Positions 50,901 to 64,000 of a DNA stretch of 64,000 nt are shown piece after piece. Every line of letters starts with the position of its first letter. The first letter of the stretch is position 1. Origin of the DNA: Lobosporangium transversale (Eukaryota); the NCBI RefSeq assembly GCF_002105155.1, contig NW_019029011.1, forward strand, positions 248,001 through 312,000, given 5' to 3'. The notes under the pieces were generated by a model. It made no database searches. It was not told where the DNA came from and saw nothing but the letters and a program-made list of their open reading frames with translations. Both the position numbers and the translations under genes were made by a program.

Positions 50901-53900
50901 TAATATGGCTGAACTGCACCAGTGCAAATGTTGATCCGAACTCTTGTGCAATCCCACTAAGGGTCTCTTTTAGCAATGGCAGAAGCAAAGGATCTTTGAA
51001 TGCCAGCCTTGAGAAAGGTCGCATGACATGCTTAGATGTCAGTATTGGGCCAATGGACCGGCTAGAATATACATTTATAGGATACCCTACAGTTAGCCAA
51101 TATAAAGAATTGAATGATAGACAATATGCCTTAACTATTCAAGCGCGAGTAACACACCAAATACCAACAAATGCGTCGCTGGCAACCTTGCCTAATTTAG
51201 GAATGCTGTCTTGGTTCGAGTTCCTAGCCGGCTCCTCATCTAATACAATGCTGGAGACGCTGGGTGCGCCGATGCCGCCAAGAGGTCGTGATTGCAATGA
51301 TACAGAGGATTTGGCATCTGATACAGACTCCTGGAGCCCATAGTCCACGATAAGAGAATCTAGATAATATGGGAAGAGCTGCTTTAAGAAGGTGCTAGTC
51401 CCAAAGCGCCGCAAGAATTCACTGTAGATGGGGGCACTAAAAACTTGATACGGTAAAATTGGCTTTGAGCTCTGCATGACAAAAAAAAAAAAAAAAAATG
51501 CATTAAAGTCTAATCGTACACATCGTCTGTGTATTTTACTTTCCCCCAAGTGAATACCTCGAAGAGTGCAATGATAGGCTTGAGCAAAAACATCTTTGTA
51601 CGCTTGATTCCAAGCCGCTGTCCTAGTTTCGGTAGGAAATCCAGAGCGTGCACACGCGTCGCTTCATTTGTAAAGAGATAGACAAAGACCGGCAATACAA
51701 TTTCAAATGTTTCGTCCTCGAAAGTGCATATTCGATCGATACATTTGCTTGCTAACGTCGCTTGAACATCCACTGGGCTTTAAAAAAAAATTAGTTCTCA
51801 TTGTGCGGTTAAATTTAATGAGGTATACAAACAAATAGGCCCAAGTCAGTTAACTTACCTCACGTTGAACATTGCCAAAAAGTCATAAATCTCGGTGATT
51901 AAGGTTGGTATAAACGCCGAGATTGTAGGCGACTGTAGTGAGAGAGCAGGTATTGACTTGCGGAGGATATCTTCAATCTTCGGTCGCGACTTCCAGTCGT
52001 TATTAAGCATCGCCGTGATTGTCCCGCTGACCGCAATTGGTATCTATTTAAATAAAAAAAATAAAAAATAAAATAAAATAAAGATACTGTTATCAAAGGA
52101 AAGGTATTAACCTAGAAATATTTCTAGTCAGAACAATATCAGTACGTGCAGGTGCTGTTGCATGGGGTATTTGGCTTACGCGCTGTGACTTCGTTAGCTC
52201 TGATACTGTGATGCCTGGCTTCAGAGCCATAGCAATACTGTTATTTGGGATATCTTCTGCAAGGTAAATCTGCTTAAAGACCTCACCTAAGCAATAAACA
52301 TCCCAGCTCTGCATGTACTCAAATGAATCCTTCTCTCGAAGAGTTGAGTCGCCTGTCTCTAATGTAGGTGCATCAGAGAGAATCCGCGCCTTTGCTGCCT
52401 CGCTGTTCATAAAATGATATTTTGAACCAAATTGAAAGGTCTTCTCGAAATGATCCAATTCTTCTATAAAAGCTATTTGCCCTAGTTCCTTGGAAAGCTC
52501 GATCGGCTCGGATTGAATTAGCTGTACTAGTGCTTCTGGTCTCGTCGAAACTAAAGCAAGATTGGTATCCTGTATAATAACATTCATTGGCGACAAAAGG
52601 CCATTGGTTGAAGGTAATGAGCTACTTGGCGCAGAATTACCCAACTCTCGTTCTTGATTACCATTATTGATGGCGACTGTGCCGGGTCTGGACCCGGGTT
52701 GCTGGCGTAATGATTTAGATCGTGTTGGTCCAGCTGGGCGAAATAGCAGATCCGATACTTTGTCAACAAATTGTGACCGATCATTCTGAGGCCTATAAAG
52801 GCTTCTTCGCTTGATACTCTTCGAGGCCTTCTCCAAGATGGTCTGTTTCTTCGCTTGGGCATTGAAAAAGTCACTAATAGGAATAATTTGCAACTATTGT
52901 CGTTAACAATTGATTCTTCTGGTGATATAATCAAATATCTGGGCATTCATGCGATAGGAACAAAATATAAAAAAAAAGAAAAGAAAAGCCTTACGTTTTC
53001 GAAAGGGACCAATTACAAACTCGTTGAGGGTGAAGATCGGTGAAAAGCTGAATGATTCCGTGCTTCATGAAAGCGCTCTGCCCAGGACATAATGATAATG
53101 CTACATTCTTGGCCTCGATGGCATTCGGGCCAGAGAGTTTATAACCGAACGTTAGATCAATCCATTCGTGCAGGTGCTTTGAAACATAATCACTTTCCAA
53201 TGCATCCCGATGGATACGAATGAACTCTTCTGGGGTCTTAGCCCATGCTGGTAATGCCATGTCTGGCATGTCGGCATGTATAGATTTAAAAATATTAGGA
53301 TCTGTATAAAATTCAGGAATACACTCGTCCGGAGTCCATTCATAAAGTCGTCGGATGGAGGATGGGTATTCATTTGCCTCATACTTTGATCGGACAAATT
53401 GACAAAGGACAGGGATCGGAATTTGTCTAGCCATGTAGACGTAATAGGTAATATCTGATAGAATATCGGTAATATGGTGCGGTATTGGTCCATCAAAGGT
53501 CACATCTAACTGCTCGTCACCTTTGTTGAGCCGAAACTTTGTCTTTGAAAAATCTCTCCAGTTGTGATGAACTTCTGATCCTGTAAAGTCTGTAACCCAA
53601 GGGAAAATTGGATGTACATTGGGGTCTCCTTGACGTCGCCCTAAAATGTTAAATAAAAAAAAAGGTCTTATTAGTGACTACACTCTATGATTGTTAAACA
53701 CCTGCCTACTTTCTTACTGCATCAGGCATATTGGATCCTCACCTGCTGCATGATTGAGGATCATCAGGTATGTAAAGTTAGAAATTTCGCCTTTGACCCA
53801 CCTCATAACAGTCGATTCCTCATGAATTTCTATTGGGGAAAGTACTTCGGAATCAGTTATGCTTGTCGCTACTGCTGCCAATCCTTATTGTGAATGGCAA

Positions 53901-55357
53901 CTCCTAGGTATCTGAACATTTGACGAACCTTTCGCTATACTCCACTCTATTGATTTTCCTGGATTTAGCTCTTGCTTGTGATGAGACAGATTGTCTCGAG
54001 AGTAAGGTACAGAGCATTTGATCCCTGTTAGAGTGATCCATAGGTTTTCATCAATGTAGATGCTGGATGGGTTTAGATTACCGTGAATGATTCCATGACG
54101 ATGTAGTCCTTTGACAGCTTTTAGGAGTTGAAACACCAAAAATCCTTTTTTGAGTGAGTTATTGAGGTTTCCGGGATTGAAACGTAGGAGATCCTGCAAG
54201 GTTGTCAACCCAGTAGCGCCCCCTAATCGATGTGGCGAAAGGCAATAGTGCGCGCGGTCCGACTCTATAATAGCAGTAGCTGCCGCAATGTTGGCTGGCA
54301 TAGGTTGAGCCTCGCTCAACTGGCTTTTTTTGATGAGAACCAATCTAGGGGTGGACTGACTGTCATCATGAGAAGGATGAACTACTCTGTATCGCAAGGT
54401 GGTTGGGTATATGACGTCGAGTACATGTTCGATGAGCTTTTGGTTCTGATTATAAATATTGTGGCACGTGTCGTCGTTGTCCATACCGCTCACATTTGGC
54501 GGTCTTCTATTATGATCACTCGCAAAGTCATCACTCTCCAAAATTGGCTGGAACTCTTTGTAGTTTGGAGCGCCATCTGTATCAATAGACTCTTCAGTCT
54601 TGAGATCATCGCCCCCATCAGCAGCCAACAGCTCCCGAATATAATCTTCTCCTGTCAAATTCCATTCATTGTTGGTTGGTAATAAGGTTAAAGTGGTGTA
54701 GGCTTTTCTAGTGGGCTGCGTCGCTTTTAAGTGTGCGTGTTGTTCGGATGGACCGAACACTCGCGCTCTAGAAACGCATGCAAACGATTAGTCTGTTTCT
54801 TTCCTTTTTTTATTACTTGCAGAAGACATGGGGCTACACACCACTATAGCCCAAAAAGCATACTTTGTCCAGTTATCCTGCTGTAAAGGGTTGGTCTTTG
54901 ATATGACGTTTACAAAGACATTGACTTCTTCCCCTGACTTTGAAGTTCCTGTACTAGGCAAGGGTGATACAGCATTCGTTGTAGAGGTTTCTCTAAAAGG
55001 TGTTCTTCCTTCGTACAGACAAGTTGCACTTCCATTGTGCAACTGGTCAAGCCATGATTTTTGTACCTAGAAAGCTCAGGGTAACAAATAGAGATAGCAA
55101 AACCGCGAGTGTCAGAGTGAGAGGTTCCATGCTTTTGCATCCTTATCCAAGCCCAACTCACTCACGATCTCTCCATTTCATGTGATTAATGATAGGAGCG
55201 AAGTCACTCCTACTGTCGCATAGTTTTTCCATACCACACAGCAGGCTGTATGCCCAAGAGCAGATTCAAGTGGAAAGGAGGGAAAAGCGATCTGTAGATG
55301 TAGATCTTGCTGAATCAGCGCAGCTATTTGCTCAGCGTCAAGTTCTGCGCCTAGCAT
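47986..55357 (-). CDS. WDR81: WDR81-like protein (kinase-like segment, BEACH domain, WD40 repeats), many exons
   Basis: GRRQGDPNVHPIFPWVTDF..KTKFRLNKGDEQLD..PHHITDILSDITYYVYMAR..EWTPDECIPEFYTDP; HRHGIIHGNLNP; WD40 GHTSGIR..ATGSKDRTVKLW. The start at 55357 is inferred. Confidence 0.92.
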
Positions 55358-55548
55358 GAGTGTTCGAGTCAGGTAAAAAAGAAAAAAAAGCCTTTGTAGT
55401 TAAGATACATTCTACTCATTTCAACTCTTTTTTCTTGTCAAACCTCATGTTCTACTTTTTTTTTTACGCGTGTGCGTGACTGTGGGCCTACCTCTTCTCT
55501 TTTCAACACATTGCTACGAACAGACGGCTTAACAATTGCTCCTTAGCC

Positions 55549-57175
55549 ATGAATGCTCTTGTCAATTACACCAGCGATTCAGATCCGGAGTTCGAACAGG
55601 AGGATGTGTCGCATGCCACAACAACTAAACGCTCTATCAGTCAACGACCGAACTTAACCAACAATACTAATAACAACTGCACTATTGATGGTGCTGAAGA
55701 CGATGGTGACGAAAACTATGTCGCCGCTGCCTTGAAGGACATCCGAAACCTTGCAACCATAGCACCTGCTCCACCTTCAAATCACATTATGCAGTGTACG
55801 AGTCCATCGCCTATGCAAGATAATGAGAATGAAGGCCTAGCATCAGAAGATCTAGAAGTCATGGCATTCTTAAAGACTATTGAAGATATTCCATATCCCT
55901 CCGACGAACAAGATGCTGTATTGCTACCACCCCCACCCCCACCACCCTCAATAGCGCCTACAACTGTAACCCCTCCTCCCCCTCCTCCCCCTCCTCCCCC
56001 TCCTTTTTCTTTACTGGAAGCGTCATTGGACGTACAACCTGGTGATGATAAGAGCAAAAAGGCATTGGAAACAACCCTACAGGATATCCATACAATCCAA
56101 AATCGACTTTATTATATCTCACTTCTACCATCATCCACTGTGGATCAAAAAGATTTGGATAGGAGGCTACTTGAGTTTGCTACCAGAGTCAAAGATTGGG
56201 AGAAGGGTGGTCTATATGAATCATATTTTGTTGGCAAAGAAAGAGCGGAAGCCATGGCTAACAATACCAATTTTTATCTTTCCGAGGCGGAGAAATCGAC
56301 ATTACCTCCTTTTGGGGGTGTTATGGGGACCATGATCAAACATATGTACGATCTTGAGAATATAGTAGCGCCGCCTGGCTGGATAGCAGTATGGGATGCA
56401 GATGATGAAGCGTATGGATTTCAGCACTTACGAACGGTACGCAACGTGCCACTTAGTTCATTTTAATTAATAAGGCATGAAACGCTGACATGATGCACGG
56501 AACTTATTGTCCGCTGATGGTTTCTAGGGCACCTATTCCTCTGTTTATCCCTCTCAGGAATTAATTCAGCATCTAAACCCACCATTTCGTCCCTCAGGGT
56601 CACCTGTCTCGTCCAGAAACAGTAGGCCACACTTTGTGTCACAACCAGTCAGCTACATCGAGAGTCCATCACCTAGCCTGATACAAGGACATACCAATCA
56701 GGCAACATCGCCAAACTCAACAATATCTTCTGTATTTACGTCTGAGAGCATAGGTTCATCCTCCGCCTTGACAGCTGGCACACCTAAATTAACATCTACA
56801 TCTTTATCAGCCACATCTACGAAAACTAAGAAGCGGAAAGCTGAAACCTTTGCGGTTGAATCTACTGCAGAGACCAATGTCTCTTCGGATCAAAATATTC
56901 ATCCGTCACGTAGAACCATTTTTACAAACCGACCTGGATTGACGTCCAGCTCTTCCACCTTGTTCGGGACTGGAGGCTCTTCTTCAAAGACGACGATGCC
57001 CAAGAAGCTAGCGAATCTACTACAAAAGTGGAGTGAGAAGGAACTGGAACATAGTGATGAGGACAGCAATGACGATAATGACCATGCTGATGATGGACCG
57101 GAGAGTGCAATGACAGGGGCAAACAGCCAAAGCCTTGGAAGTGACTGGCGGGACCGTCGGCTGCATTCCCGATAG
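55549..57175 (+). CDS. FNBP4/FBP30-like protein with degenerate WW domain (intron 56437-56527)
   Basis: LLEFATRVKDWEKGGL...APPGWIAVWDADDEAYGFQHLRT|GTYSSVYP; C-terminal LLQKW...NSQSLGSDWRDRR; poly-Pro tract. Confidence 0.65.
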
Positions 57176-57698
57176 ATTTTTTTTTTATAAAAAAAAAAAA
57201 AAAAAAAAAAAAAATTAGTCCTATAAGATCTTCTACGCATTGCACTGTCTTCCTTCCTATCCCGATAAGGATCAAAAACCATCTTTACTGTTACATTTAT
57301 CTCTTACACCTACACCTTAGAGGCCATGCACGGATATGGATATTAGTGCTTAGCTCCTTAGTCACATAAGGACATCCACGTTGTTCAGTGTACATACAGA
57401 AGTTTTTCCCCACTATTGCCTCTTTCCAAATAGAGTATTCCTATCCAAACCCCGCTCTTCGGCAACGCACGGAACAGCAAAGATGTATGCTTGTTGTGAG
57501 CAAAAGCTAAAATATGTAAGGGGCAAGAGCACCAACCATCTGCAAGCAAGCTTGTAATTAGGAACGAGTAAAAAACATTTTTATGATACCATTAACTTTT
57601 TCTATGTGTCTTTTTATTGTATGCTGTCTTATGAGGTCTAAAGATATGGATGGAGCTGATGAGAAATGATGGGAGAGAAAAACCAAAACAAAGGACGC

Positions 57699-59085
57699 TT
57701 ATCCGGAACCACCAGAGTAGGCCTTGCCGAAGAAGATGATCTGAAGTTGATCATAGCCAGACAAAACACCAGCACCGGCGATGGCACGGAGGACGTTAGC
57801 ACCAGCACCCTTGAAGAGGGATTTGTAGCCCTCCTTGGTGACGATCTGCTTGAAGGCATCAAATGAAGAGCTGTACTTGACGGCCTCACCAGAGGTCATC
57901 ATCATTCTTCTACGGACAGTATCGACAGGGTAGGAAGCAAGACCAGCCAAGTTTGTAACACCGAATCCGAGAATGAAAGAGGCAATGAACGAGCCCTGGA
58001 GTGAAGAAGGCATCAAAGGCTTAACGGAATCGTAAAGACCGAAGTACCTATTATTAATTTTTGTGTTTGTGAACAAGATTGTTAACACGTATACACGTAT
58101 AATAAACATAACTATCAAGCTTTCCATTGATAGTTTTTTTTTGCCATTAGAGCTAAACAAAAATAAACAAAAAAAGCAGACAGATTAACTTACAAACCAC
58201 GGTAGATGATAATACCGAAAGCGGAGAGAGGGAAACCGCGGTAAAGACCAGCAACACCGTCAGTGGCGATGGTCTTCTTATAAACATCAATGAGACCGTT
58301 AAACTGGCGAGCACCACCGTTCTTGCCCTTGGCATCATTGGCAAGACGAGTACGAGCATAGTCCAAGGAGTAGACAAAGAGAAGGGAGCAAGCACCAGCA
58401 GCACCACCAGAAGCGATGTTACCAGCGAACCACTTGGCATAACCATCCTTTTCCTTCTTGAAGTTGAACATGGCCTTGAAGTAATCCTTGAAGGCAAAGT
58501 TCAAAGCCTGGGTGGGAAAGTAACGGATGACGTTGGCAGTGTTGCCTCTCCAAAGAGGCGAGATGCCTTCATCAGCAACAACACGACGGAAGCAATCAGC
58601 GATACCCTTATAGGGGTGAGAGAGACGACCAGACTTGAGCATTTCGTCCTGGTTCTGGAGAAGTAGTTTAATACGCTCAATAGGGGCAGCCGCGGTCTTG
58701 GAGACAGCAGCAGAGACACCTCCCTATGATTTGTTACAAAATGAAATAAGTGTAAAATGAAGTAATTTAGGGGCTACTTCATATTTTGATGTATTCCAGT
58801 TGACCGAGCTCTCGTAAAATAATTCAGTCGAACCGCGCCATGACAAGTCGAGTCGAGTCAAAGTCGAGGTACAACAAGAGTCAAAACAATCGGGTCGTAA
58901 GACACAGTTTGTTTTGACACAGATTCATCTGATTTTGTAATAGTTTATTGCTAGATTTTCCGGAAACATTGGAAGAGAAGTGGAAGCGAATGGGCATGTT
59001 GGTTATGAAAAGATAGACTTACCATGAGGAAATCAGCAGCGAAGGCCTTGGCATCCTTCTTTGGCTTCTGAGGAACAACAGACAT
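57699..59085 (-). CDS. AAC: Mitochondrial ADP/ATP carrier, 3 exons
   Basis: [52 protein letters not shown]; signature RRRMMM. Confidence 0.97.
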
Positions 59086-59659
59086 GATGAGAGTGGAGAG
59101 TTAATAGAGTGGAGAGTTAATAGAGTGGAGAGGAGAGAAGTGGAACGGAAGCGGATGAGGAGTAAAGGAGAAAGGAAAAAAAGAAAAAAAAGAGAAACTA
59201 CCATTTTATATAGCCCATCCAACCAGCCTATCGGAAGCACAAAATGTGCACAAAGCGTCTCTTTCCGATGGCCCTTGATTTGGTTGTCCCAATTAAAATA
59301 CTTTTCATTTGATTGGGCACTTGAACCAAAAATGCCTGAGCTAACTCTCACTTCATTTAATCTCCACCCCATTTTCGAGACATTCAGGGCATGCATGTGT
59401 CTGTCTTTCAGTATATTTGGCTTTAATCTCACCTGTTTTTTTTTTCCTACGTTGTTGTCTTGACTGTATAGTCCATGCGTATATCTTTCTTTTATGTTTG
59501 AATATGAAAGGAACAAAGTCTGAGCTACTTAATAACCAAATCCACTTACAACTTTTCATATGACAATCACAACTCGAACCTTTTTGATCATTCGATCGCA
59601 TCCACTCCTTCTTGCTTTTCATATTTTTAAAGAAAAAACCCCGCTTAGAAGGATCATTA

Positions 59660-62600
59660 TTACAAAGCTAATTTTATGGACGGAGCCAGTACATCTACGG
59701 ACTCTCTTGGGACTGCACTCAAAGACTCAGCATCGCTCACACCATTACTAATCCCTAAGGAAGGTCCAAGACCTACAATCCGTGCTTTGAACATTGTAAA
59801 CGTCTCTGCCCATGTACTTGTCTGCGATCGAACACCATGACCCATCATATAGTTGTCTATACTACGACTTGAGGGCGAGGATAGTCGTTCGTCTGCCGAT
59901 AATGTTCCGGATCCGGAAGATGTGGCATCGCCGCTGTTGCTTCTTAACCACCGTCCATCTAGACTTAATGCCGATATACTCAAGGGTCTGCTCTTTTTTG
60001 GGCTTGACGACACAGGTATGTACAGTGGGGAGCGATGATCTGTCCCCTCAAGGTTATGGTCGAGCCGATCACTATTCTGGATACCATCAATCATCTGCGC
60101 CTTACAATCCCGTGCGTTCATATTCTCATAAGTTGAAATGCTGTGTTTCTGTAGCTTGGACGAACTACGCGAACCCCACAATCGAAGGTCCATGCTCTGT
60201 CGATGGGACCCATTCTCTCTGGTATCAACTGTTGGGCTTGTGTGTTTCCTGATAGTATGCTTAATGCGATGATCACGAATAACTGTCGCAAGATGCAAAA
60301 TAGGTTGAATATCCACTGAAGGGTAATTCTATGGTGTCAAACGGAACATGAACACTATTAGATACATATCAATGGCACTAATACATGCACTCTTCAAACA
60401 ATCGAATAATAACAACCGCATTTAGAAAAAAAATAAGTAATTTTACCTGAAGTAATTTGACATTGTCTGCAAAGTCGCCTTGTACGAGATCCTCATGAAG
60501 GTGGCTGAAAAACAAGAAGAAAATCAGTCTTGCGCTGAGCTCAACCTGCTATTCATTTATAAGACTGAAGCATTTCTATAATCTGCTTACCACACCATGG
60601 CGCATCCAAAATCTAGTAAAAAGTCGTAATCTTTCTCTATACCCCCAGTGTCTGCAAGGATCGAGTCCCATATCCGCCAAACATCTGGCATTTCAAACTC
60701 TTGAGTACACAAAACCGTTAACCACCGGAAGCTGTAGTACTCAGGCGCAATTCCTTTGTCCTCAAGGTTCTGCCACAGTTGTTCATTAAACTGTCTCAAG
60801 CGAAAGTTCATTCTCGCTATTGTTGATCCGATGCCACTTGTTCGATCCCGATCAAGGGATCTTACAAAGTGGTCGCGGAAGTGCGCCATCAACAAGTGAA
60901 ATAACCAGAATGACTCGGCTTCCGCATGTGCTATTAATAGTTCAAAATGTGGTGATATTAGTAATAGGACCTTTTTTTTTTTTTTTTTTTATGGAGGCCT
61001 TCTAACATACACTCATGGAAAGATAGCCGCCAACTTACCACGGCTCACCTCGTCAACATCATTGGCCAAGAGATAGTAGAGTGGTCCGAGAATTTCATTC
61101 ATGCCTTGAACGTACCCGACTCCTGGATTTAGTTTTGCATAAATAAACAAGATGCGCTCTATAGCTTCCCAATGCAAATCCTGCGGAAGTTCATCGTCTA
61201 TGCTATCGTCACTCTCAGTCCCCGATGAGACTTTAGAGGAAAAAGAAGACGAGCAAGAAGAGGATGGTGACCTTGAATCACTTCTTTGATTTTTAGTCTT
61301 CTCACCCGATATTTTTTTCGCCCAACTCTCCTTAGATCTGGAAGTCCGTAAACTATGTGGCTGATGCTGTCGAAAACCAAAGTCTTGGTTCAGATGTGCA
61401 ACTCGTTTAAAAAGCGATCGGCGAGTGGGAATGGGTGAGAAAAGATAATCAGGCACTGCAGACGACTTATTATCGTTATCGTCCTCATCTTTTTCAGCCG
61501 CCGTTGCCATACCCCTGAGCCGTGAAGGAACCGACGAGCAGCAGTAACTATCATTATTGGAGGTCTTATATCTATTGAGGAGAGCATGAGGAAGTGTCTC
61601 TATCCCACCGTTGATGGGTGACGAAAGGGCTATATTCTGCCGTCGATCCATATTCCCAATCTCATTGGTTTTCCTGCCAGCTATTGGGGACATCACAGTA
61701 ACAGTTTGACGGCGCTTGAGTGTTGGGGTCAGTGTGCGTGTTACAGGTGCAAATTCGAGATCCATGCTTGGCTCATCCTGGAGTCTTTGCCTATGTGTAA
61801 ACCCAGGACCAGGTAGTGACCCTGCTGATATCATTTGGTTGGTTGTCGTTGCCCACGATAAAGCATCTAAATTAATGCTAGAGCCGACTTTGACAGTAGC
61901 CTTTCTTTCCTTAGGTTTACGGATTTTTGGTGCAATACTCAAGGGGCAGAGTGGCGAGTAAGGTATAGGCAGCTGAAAGAAAGCAAAATCCGGCAGTGTC
62001 CTCCGTACATCCTTGTCAATTTGTTCCAGTGTCTTATTGTCCTGTAAAAACAACGACCATTCTGAATCGTCATTGTGATTTGCAAGCTATTGTGTGAGCA
62101 ACAGGTTGTTTTAAATATGGATCCTCGGCAACTTGGTAAATAAGCATGCGTTAAAAAGCTATATGAAGATTATATAAAATATACCTCTTCAACACTCCAG
62201 CCTTCGGGTGGCTCATGTATTTCAGGTTCGACGATCAGGTCTTTGACAAAGCTCTACAGTATTAGAGTAATGGAGTAATTGAACATTCACATATTCTATG
62301 GTCAGGCTTCAATATTTGGTAGGCATAGCCAACAGAACCTAAAAATAGTCCAAAGTATTGTCTCGTTACATACATAGTACAGTCGTCTCTGTTCCATCAA
62401 TGCTTTGTTCCATCGTGACTTGTCTAAGGGTAAATATCCAAGTAGAATCTAATAAATCATCGAAAGGGAAAATTTTCAGTGATATGTCCTCCTGCACTCT
62501 GTAGACGATGGATCAATTGATGTGTCTGTCCGTCAGTGTCACACCTTCCAGCAAATCTGGCGAAGACCTGGCTTGTCCGGAATACCTGTATGGTTTTATT

Positions 62601-62859
62601 AAGTTTTTTGTTGTTGTTGTTGAGGATAGGTTATAAACTTGCGATCGATCAAGAGTTTTTGCTTTTGTGGGTATAAATCTACGGTGAATTAAATCCAGAG
62701 CCATGAACAAAAGTTATAGATCCTACCGCTGAAGCACAGCTCCTTGAACTCTTGACGGTTAATGACCTGACCGTCATCTGGCGCAAGGTATTTCTCAAAT
62801 TGAGCGATACTAGGTGACGCCGACAAAGTCGAACCAGAGCAACCATTAGCTTTGATCAT
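59660..62859 (-). CDS. TBC1D13: TBC1D13-like Rab GTPase-activating protein, many exons
   Basis: ELCFSGIPDKPGLRQICWKILLGYLP; QIDKDVRRT (R finger); HWEAIERILFIYAKLNPGVGYVQGMNEI (Q finger); YSFRWLTVLCTQEF..VWRIWD. Confidence 0.88.
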
Positions 62860-64000
62860 CTAATGGACTATAGTGTGTGTTGTGCAGGCAGACCTACCGT
62901 GCAATATATGTTTCCATGTTAATGGCGAAGTAAGATGAAATGAAATCAGTCAAATGAGTGGAATGAGTGGAATGGAAGAGGAGGCAGAAAGTAGAACGTG
63001 TGAACAAGAGTAGTAAACCGAATGTTTAGGAACGGAAGAAGGAAGACGTGCGTCTTTTTTTTTACAAACATCTTGTTTGTTCTTTGTCAGTTCCCATGTG
63101 TTCTCCTTGCTGTCTCCTGAAGAAGAGCAGGAGCAGCATATCTGGATCATATTTGTGTAGAAATATGTAGCCCAATTGAATCGTTTTCCCGACTGAGTGT
63201 CGCAAAGGACAAGCAAAACAAAGAGCATTTTCATTCTATTCTGACAGTGTGATCTATTTCTGCATGCAACAAATGACCCCTTTTCCGCTGGGAATAAAAC
63301 ATTCATGCTCTTAGTTGTTGGCCCTTGCTGCTTTGCTTGATCTACTTGCACATCGCTAGAGCATATGGAGGAAAGATGGAAGAGTGGAAGAAAAAGATGC
63401 AAAGCGGTGTTTTTATTGATAATTTCCAAACCAATGAATTCATGTCCTTCTCGCTTAATGTCCACACATGTCCACACACGCGAATTCCCACAAATAGGAT
63501 ACGTAAGGAAACATGTCAACCTGGAAGTACAAAGTGCTTGCTTTTCTACATTCGCAAATTTAATCCTGGTAAAATGTTTCACCAGTTTTACGTTCAGGTA
63601 CACTTGAGGCCAATGCGCGTAACGCGCTTTGTCAGATTCCCATCTCTCATTACTCATTTCATTTCTTCATTTCAACATCACATATTACTAAAAAGGATAT
63701 ATTAGCATCCAAATTAAAAAGTGTAAGTATGCCACCACCAATGAACTATCCTTGATCCTGGTCCGATAACGTCCACTAAAATTATAAAACCACAGCCGCC
63801 CAGTACAGAACGTATTTGAGGTCCCGATTGACACACCTGTTTTTTTTTTAACGCACATTCTAATATTCAAACGGATAAATGTCAATAATGATATCTGTTT
63901 TAATATTTTTATTAAACGATAATGTTGATAAGCGCCCTGTAACCCTACATCCGAAGCAGTGACATAACAAAAATACTGCATTATTCGAGAAAATTGTTTT

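Noticed and set aside
62950..63981. Overlapping ORFs upstream of the TBC gene
   Set aside because: No recognisable motifs and composition unlike real genes; probably promoter or UTR.

Overview
Eukaryotic, intron-rich fungal DNA. Gene content and style suggest an early-diverging fungus such as Mortierellaceae/Mucoromycota; this is inference, not proven. About 14 host genes: INTS9, an AIG2/GGCT-like gene, SEC24, a hybrid histidine kinase, an RTC4-domain gene, RPC31, ELF1, MIP1/POLG, a gamma-butyrobetaine-dioxygenase-like gene, RML2/uL2m, WDR81, an FNBP4-like gene, an ADP/ATP carrier and a TBC1D13-like gene. The first 14 kb is transposon-rich. (i) A 3.7-kb hAT element has 307-bp perfect TIRs, a frameshifted transposase and no canonical 8-bp TSD (only TA within CTAG). 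(ii) A nested island at 7.7-14.2 kb contains a decayed AcademH-type element (DUF6589-like transposase plus a convergent RecQ-like helicase relic largely missed by the ORF track), a young non-autonomous relative with 269-bp TIRs inserted at its terminus, a MULE-like MITE with a 9-bp TSD on that junction, and an internally deleted piggyBac carrying a tiny poly(A) insertion with a 21-bp TSD. Window-wide oddities are 15-30-nt A/T homopolymers in many introns and frequent AAG splice acceptors, one preceded by A22. All calls come from manual reading and recalled motifs; no searches were run. Gene spans include introns.
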